From NCBI GenBank assembly GCA_963804435.1, contig CAWDQI010000002.1, positions 17,196 through 81,195 on the forward strand: a stretch of DNA of 64,000 nucleotides. Reading direction: 5' to 3'. Positions 60,876 to 64,000 of the stretch are shown in pieces. Each line of letters starts with the position of its first letter. Within the stretch, counting starts at the first letter, position 1. The position numbers and the translations under genes were made by a program. The notes beneath the pieces are model-generated. The model was given only the letters and a program-made list of their open reading frames with translations. It searched no databases and was not told the DNA's origin. Origin of the DNA: an uncultured Actinomycetota bacterium (GTDB lineage: Bacteria > Actinomycetota > Actinomycetes > Streptosporangiales > Streptosporangiaceae).

Positions 60876-61056
60876 CGGGGGTTATGGCGGTTACAGCAGC
60901 AATGACAACGACGATGACAGCCGAATACGCATCTCCAGGTCGCAGTCGGAAAAGGCACGGTAGCCGCAATTCTCAGCGTTCGGCGGGTCCGGCACTATTT
61001 GGCCCCCGGCAGCACGAATCGACCCATCGCGCATCGCCCGTACGGGGGCCGAGCAG

Positions 61057-61638
61057 ATGAGCACGATCGCGCTGTTCACCGATGATCCGATCCGAGCACC
61101 GGCTTACCGTCCGAGGCACAGGTCGAAGCGCTGGGAACGTGGAAGTTCGGTCGTTGGCAGTCACGGCGTGCCGGAGGTGTTACCTCCTAGACGCCCAGAC
61201 CGGCCGGGAGCGCGGAGACCTGCCGCGCAATTGTCCGATCTGATCAACGTGTCTGCTGCGCCGGATTTGCTGGACCAGCTCACCCTGGGGCAGCTCCGCT
61301 GCCTGCTGGAGGCGTGCGCGAGCAGCGACTACGTGCATGCTGTCCCGCAGATTGCGTATTTGGTCGCACATCCGTCACACACCGGCGGGACTCTGTCGAT
61401 CGCGTGGGACGCCTTTCGGCAGTCCACGCGCGATGCTTACGCCCTGTATCGCGGCAGCCGGTACTGGTGGGACTTCTTCGGCTCCGAGGACCTGGGGCCT
61501 GATCCCGCCGAGACCGCGACGGAGATCAAGTTCGCGCTGGCGGACGACGCCTGGTGGCAGATCATCAACGGACCGTCGTGTCCACGCGATGCTAGCCAGC
61601 GCCCGGATCCCGGCGCTAATGCAGTGCGGGGGGCGTAG
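61057..61638 (+). CDS. hypothetical protein (contains a TTA codon)
   Basis: 193-aa ORF. The coding-like second half (YWWDFFGSEDLGPDP...DDAWWQIING) has no recognisable domain. TTA at 61180-61182. Confidence 0.45.
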   Translation: MSTIALFTDDPIRAPAYRPRHRSKRWERGSSVVGSHGVPEVLPPRRPDRPGARRPAAQLSDLINVSAAPDLLDQLTLGQLRCLLEACASSDYVHAVPQIAYLVAHPSHTGGTLSIAWDAFRQSTRDAYALYRGSRYWWDFFGSEDLGPDPAETATEIKFALADDAWWQIINGPSCPRDASQRPDPGANAVRGA

Positions 61639-61677
61639 CTTTCCGCCATCCTCAGCTGGTCCGCCGGACGGCCATGC

Positions 61678-61714
61678 CAACGGCCCGATCACCAACTCGG
61701 TGATCGGGCCGTTG
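61678..61714. terminator. perfect 16-bp stem / 5-nt loop hairpin between convergent genes
   Basis: caacggcccgatcacc-aactc-ggtgatcgggccgttg, read directly. Confidence 0.65.
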
Positions 61715-61765
61715 ACTTACTGCTTCACGTGTAGCCGCGAACCACGATTGGCTATTGAGCCGCTG

Positions 61766-62668
61766 TCAAGGTTCGTCCTGCTGCCTGGCGGACCGATGAT
61801 CGCGGAATAGGCTCCCAGGCGGCGGCCTGCCTACCTGGCCGGAGTCGTGCGCTTGCGGCTGGCGTTCGCGCTGAGCGGTGTGAATGTCCGGCGGGCGCGC
61901 GCCGAGTCGTGCCATCAGGTCAGCTTCCGCGAGCATCTCCGCAGCGGTCGGCGACAGCGCGATCACTGCCGAGAAGATAAACCCGGTACAGCTGATGCCG
62001 AGGATAAGCGGCAGCAGGAACGCCTCCGCGCTGGCGCTGGCCGGCGCCGTCACGGCCGCGCCGGCAGTGGCGTGGACGCGAAGAGCCGCCATGCCCGTGT
62101 AGTGCATGCCGCTGACCGCCACACCCATGATCATGGACGCGATGAGCGCCGACCAGGCGGTTTCCAGTCGCAGCGCCGCCCAGAGGGCCGCGGTCCCGGC
62201 GATCACGGCGATTACGACCGAGGCCACGAAAAGCACCGGGGTGTAGGACAGCCTGTCCGGCGCCCGGATGGCGTCCATGCCGATGTAGTGCATGCTAGCG
62301 ACGCCGCATCCAATGGCCACGCCGCCGAGCAGCAGCGGCCCCGCTCCGCCCCGGCTATACCCGACGATGAACAATCCGACTCCCACCACACCGACGGCAA
62401 TCAGCATGGACAGGGTCGTGACGGGCACGCTATAGCGGATTGACTCGCCTGGGATGGTGAATCCGAGCATCGCAATGAAGTGCATCACCCAGATGCCCAT
62501 GATCCCGATGGCCAGGGCGGCGATGCCAAGCCAGGACGCCCGCGCTGCGCCCTGGGATGCCCGGGCTCGGGTCGTGCACCGGAGGCCGAGAAAGCAGCCA
62601 ATGCAGGACGCCACGTAGGCGAGCACGGGGTTCAGCGCGCCGTAGGAGAAATTGTTGACGTGGACCAT
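61766..62668 (-). CDS. stand-alone MHYT-domain integral membrane sensor protein
   Basis: Three MHYT-type repeats (WVMHFIAM, ASMHYIGM, SGMHYTGM) in 7 TM segments. No output domain, only a hydrophilic tail of about 60 aa. Confidence 0.75.
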   Translation of the reverse strand: MVHVNNFSYGALNPVLAYVASCIGCFLGLRCTTRARASQGAARASWLGIAALAIGIMGIWVMHFIAMLGFTIPGESIRYSVPVTTLSMLIAVGVVGVGLFIVGYSRGGAGPLLLGGVAIGCGVASMHYIGMDAIRAPDRLSYTPVLFVASVVIAVIAGTAALWAALRLETAWSALIASMIMGVAVSGMHYTGMAALRVHATAGAAVTAPASASAEAFLLPLILGISCTGFIFSAVIALSPTAAEMLAEADLMARLGARPPDIHTAQRERQPQAHDSGQVGRPPPGSLFRDHRSARQQDEP

Positions 62669-62821
62669 GGGTCTTCGCTCGGGCCTTTCTCAATGCCGGC
62701 CAAGGCATTGATAACGTTAGCGGCCCGTTCGGCCCCATGGCGCAATAATCTCTTACCACAACGAGTCGCTCGCACGGGGACGAACCGGTAGTCCGGGAGT
62801 ACCAGTTCGCACCGCGAGAGC

Positions 62822-64000
62822 ATGGCCCCAGCTGACGCGGCAGCGTCCGGCGACGCAGCAGCGCTGGCTCCGGGGGACTGGGCCGATGGGCAAGGCAGCC
62901 CGGGCAGAAAGCAGGGGTGCATGTCATCGGCTGCAGTGACGGGCAAGACGTCAGCGCCGGAACTGAGAGAAACGGAGCTCTCGATCCGCGGCATGACCTG
63001 TTCGGCATGCGCCGCGCGCGTGGAGAAGAATCTCGGCGAGATCCCGGACGTTACTGCCTACGTGAATGTGGCGACCGAGAAGGCCACGGTGACCGCCCCG
63101 CCGTCGGTGGAAATCGAGCGGCTTATCCGGGCGGTGGAACAGGCCGGTTATAGCGCCGAGCCGACGTGGCCCGCTAAGGCGGCAGGCCCGGAGTCCGCGG
63201 ATGCGGCCAGGGTCGCGTATCTGCGGCGGCGGCTGATCGTGGCACTGCTGTTCTTCGTCCCGCTGAGCGACCTGTCGGTGCAGTTGTCGCTGGTCCCCTC
63301 GTTCCGGTTCCCTGGCTGGCAGTGGGTCCTGGTGGCGCTGGCCGTGCCGGTGGCGGGGTGGGCGGCCTGGCCGTTCCACGCTGCGGCGCTGAAGGCAGCC
63401 CGGCACGGCTTCACCTCGATGGACACGCTGGTGTCGGTGGGCATTGTCGCGGCCTGCGGCTGGTCGGCGTACGCGATGTTCGTCCTGGACGCCGGGCAGG
63501 CGCGGGTGAGCCCGCTGCAGTTGCTGATTCACGCCTCTGGCGGCGGGATTTACCTGGAGGTTGCCGGGTCGGTGACGACATTCCTGCTGGCGGGCCGGTT
63601 GTATGAGGCAAGGGCCCGCCGCGACGCCGGCAACGCGATGCGGGCGCTGGCCGCGGCCGGGGCGAGGGACGCCCGGCTGCTGGACGCCGACGGCAACGAG
63701 CGCCGGGTCCCGGCCGGGCAGCTGCGCCCGGGTGACCGGTTCGTCGTCCGGCCGGGGGAGGTGATCGCCGCCGACGGCGTGGTGGAGTTCGGCGAGTCGG
63801 CAGTGGATACCAGCATGATGACCGGAGAGTCGGTGCCCGCCGAGGCCGCCGCGGGCGGGAGGGTGGCGGCCGGCACCGTGGTGGTCAGCGGCGGGCTGGT
63901 CGTCGTGCCGGCTGGACCGGCGATGATACCCAGCTGGCGCACCTGATCGCGCTGGTGGAGCGGGCGCAGACGGACAAGTCAGCGGTGCAGCGGCTCGCCG
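62822..64000 (+). pseudogene. copA: heavy-metal (Cu+-type) P-type ATPase, N-terminal part; frameshift near 63,905-63,925; continues past window end
   Basis: HMA domain LSIRGMTCSACAARVEKNL and TM helices. After 63,92x the conserved GDDTQLAHLIALVERAQTDKSAVQRLA continues in another frame. The likely start is MSSAAV near 62,920. Confidence 0.8.

Noticed and set aside
58600-61720. Integrated mobile element or prophage remnant
   Set aside because: I could see no integrase, transposase, excisionase partner, tRNA target or flanking direct repeats. The excisionase-like gene is better explained as BldC. Only compositional hints remain.
1-64000. CRISPR arrays, rRNA, tRNA, tmRNA, RNase P or SRP RNA
   Set aside because: Scanning by eye found no regularly spaced repeats. 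I also found no T-loop-like GGTTCGAATCC or GTTCGAGTC motifs in a plausible tRNA context. This is an eye search, so small RNAs cannot be excluded.

Overview
This high-GC 64-kb window appears to be two unrelated pieces joined at about 23,646/23,647.

LEFT PIECE (1-23,646). This is an almost entirely minus-strand run of housekeeping genes: thrS', dedA, an MFS transporter, rsmA, tatD, metG, rsmI, an exonuclease-DinG helicase, an AAA+ ATPase, plsC-like, cmk, rluB, scpB, scpA, a PIG-L deacetylase, recN, nadK, tlyA, DUF212, xseB, nusB, asp23, efp, aroQ, aroB, aroK, a bPH_2 protein, a prepilin peptidase and a 5'-truncated aroE. Roughly two thirds of these genes are broken by one to several frameshifts, about 45 breaks in total by my manual count. 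I read this as indel sequencing error rather than real decay.

RIGHT PIECE (23,647-64,000). This is a mostly intact, typical actinomycete core neighbourhood: ffh' fragment, bacterial NOS, ftsY, smc, an esterase, amt, acyP, mutM, rnc, rpmF, DUF177, coaD, rsmD, recG, rpmB, thiD, a mycothiol-type DinB protein, tetR, a CBM2-like membrane protein, thiL, an Lrp-like ACT protein, fbiD, plsC, gpsA, ddl, hup, pntAA/AB/B, an FHA-HTH protein, pirin, a GH25-ricin muramidase and two DUF202 genes. A lower-GC, regulator-rich stretch with a BldC homologue follows. The piece ends with a stand-alone MHYT sensor protein divergent from a Cu-type P-type ATPase that runs off the window. I found only two frameshifts here, in smc and copA.

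WHAT I DID NOT FIND. I recognised no rRNA, tRNA, CRISPR array, transposase, integrase or known defence system. I also could not identify a coherent novel multi-gene system.

MOST NOTABLE OBSERVATIONS.
- The chimeric junction, where an Ffh N-terminus is fused in frame to AroE.
- The contrast in frameshift density across that junction.
- A NOS gene sitting in the slot where actinomycetes normally carry amt-glnK-glnD, with an orphan amt relocated elsewhere.
- An EF-P with Arg instead of Lys at the loop tip.
- A nested palindrome array next to an FHA-HTH gene.
- An AT-rich boundary followed by three neighbouring genes that carry TTA codons, near a BldC homologue.
- An apparent ATT start codon for thiL.

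All calls come from reading translations and motifs by eye. No database search was run.
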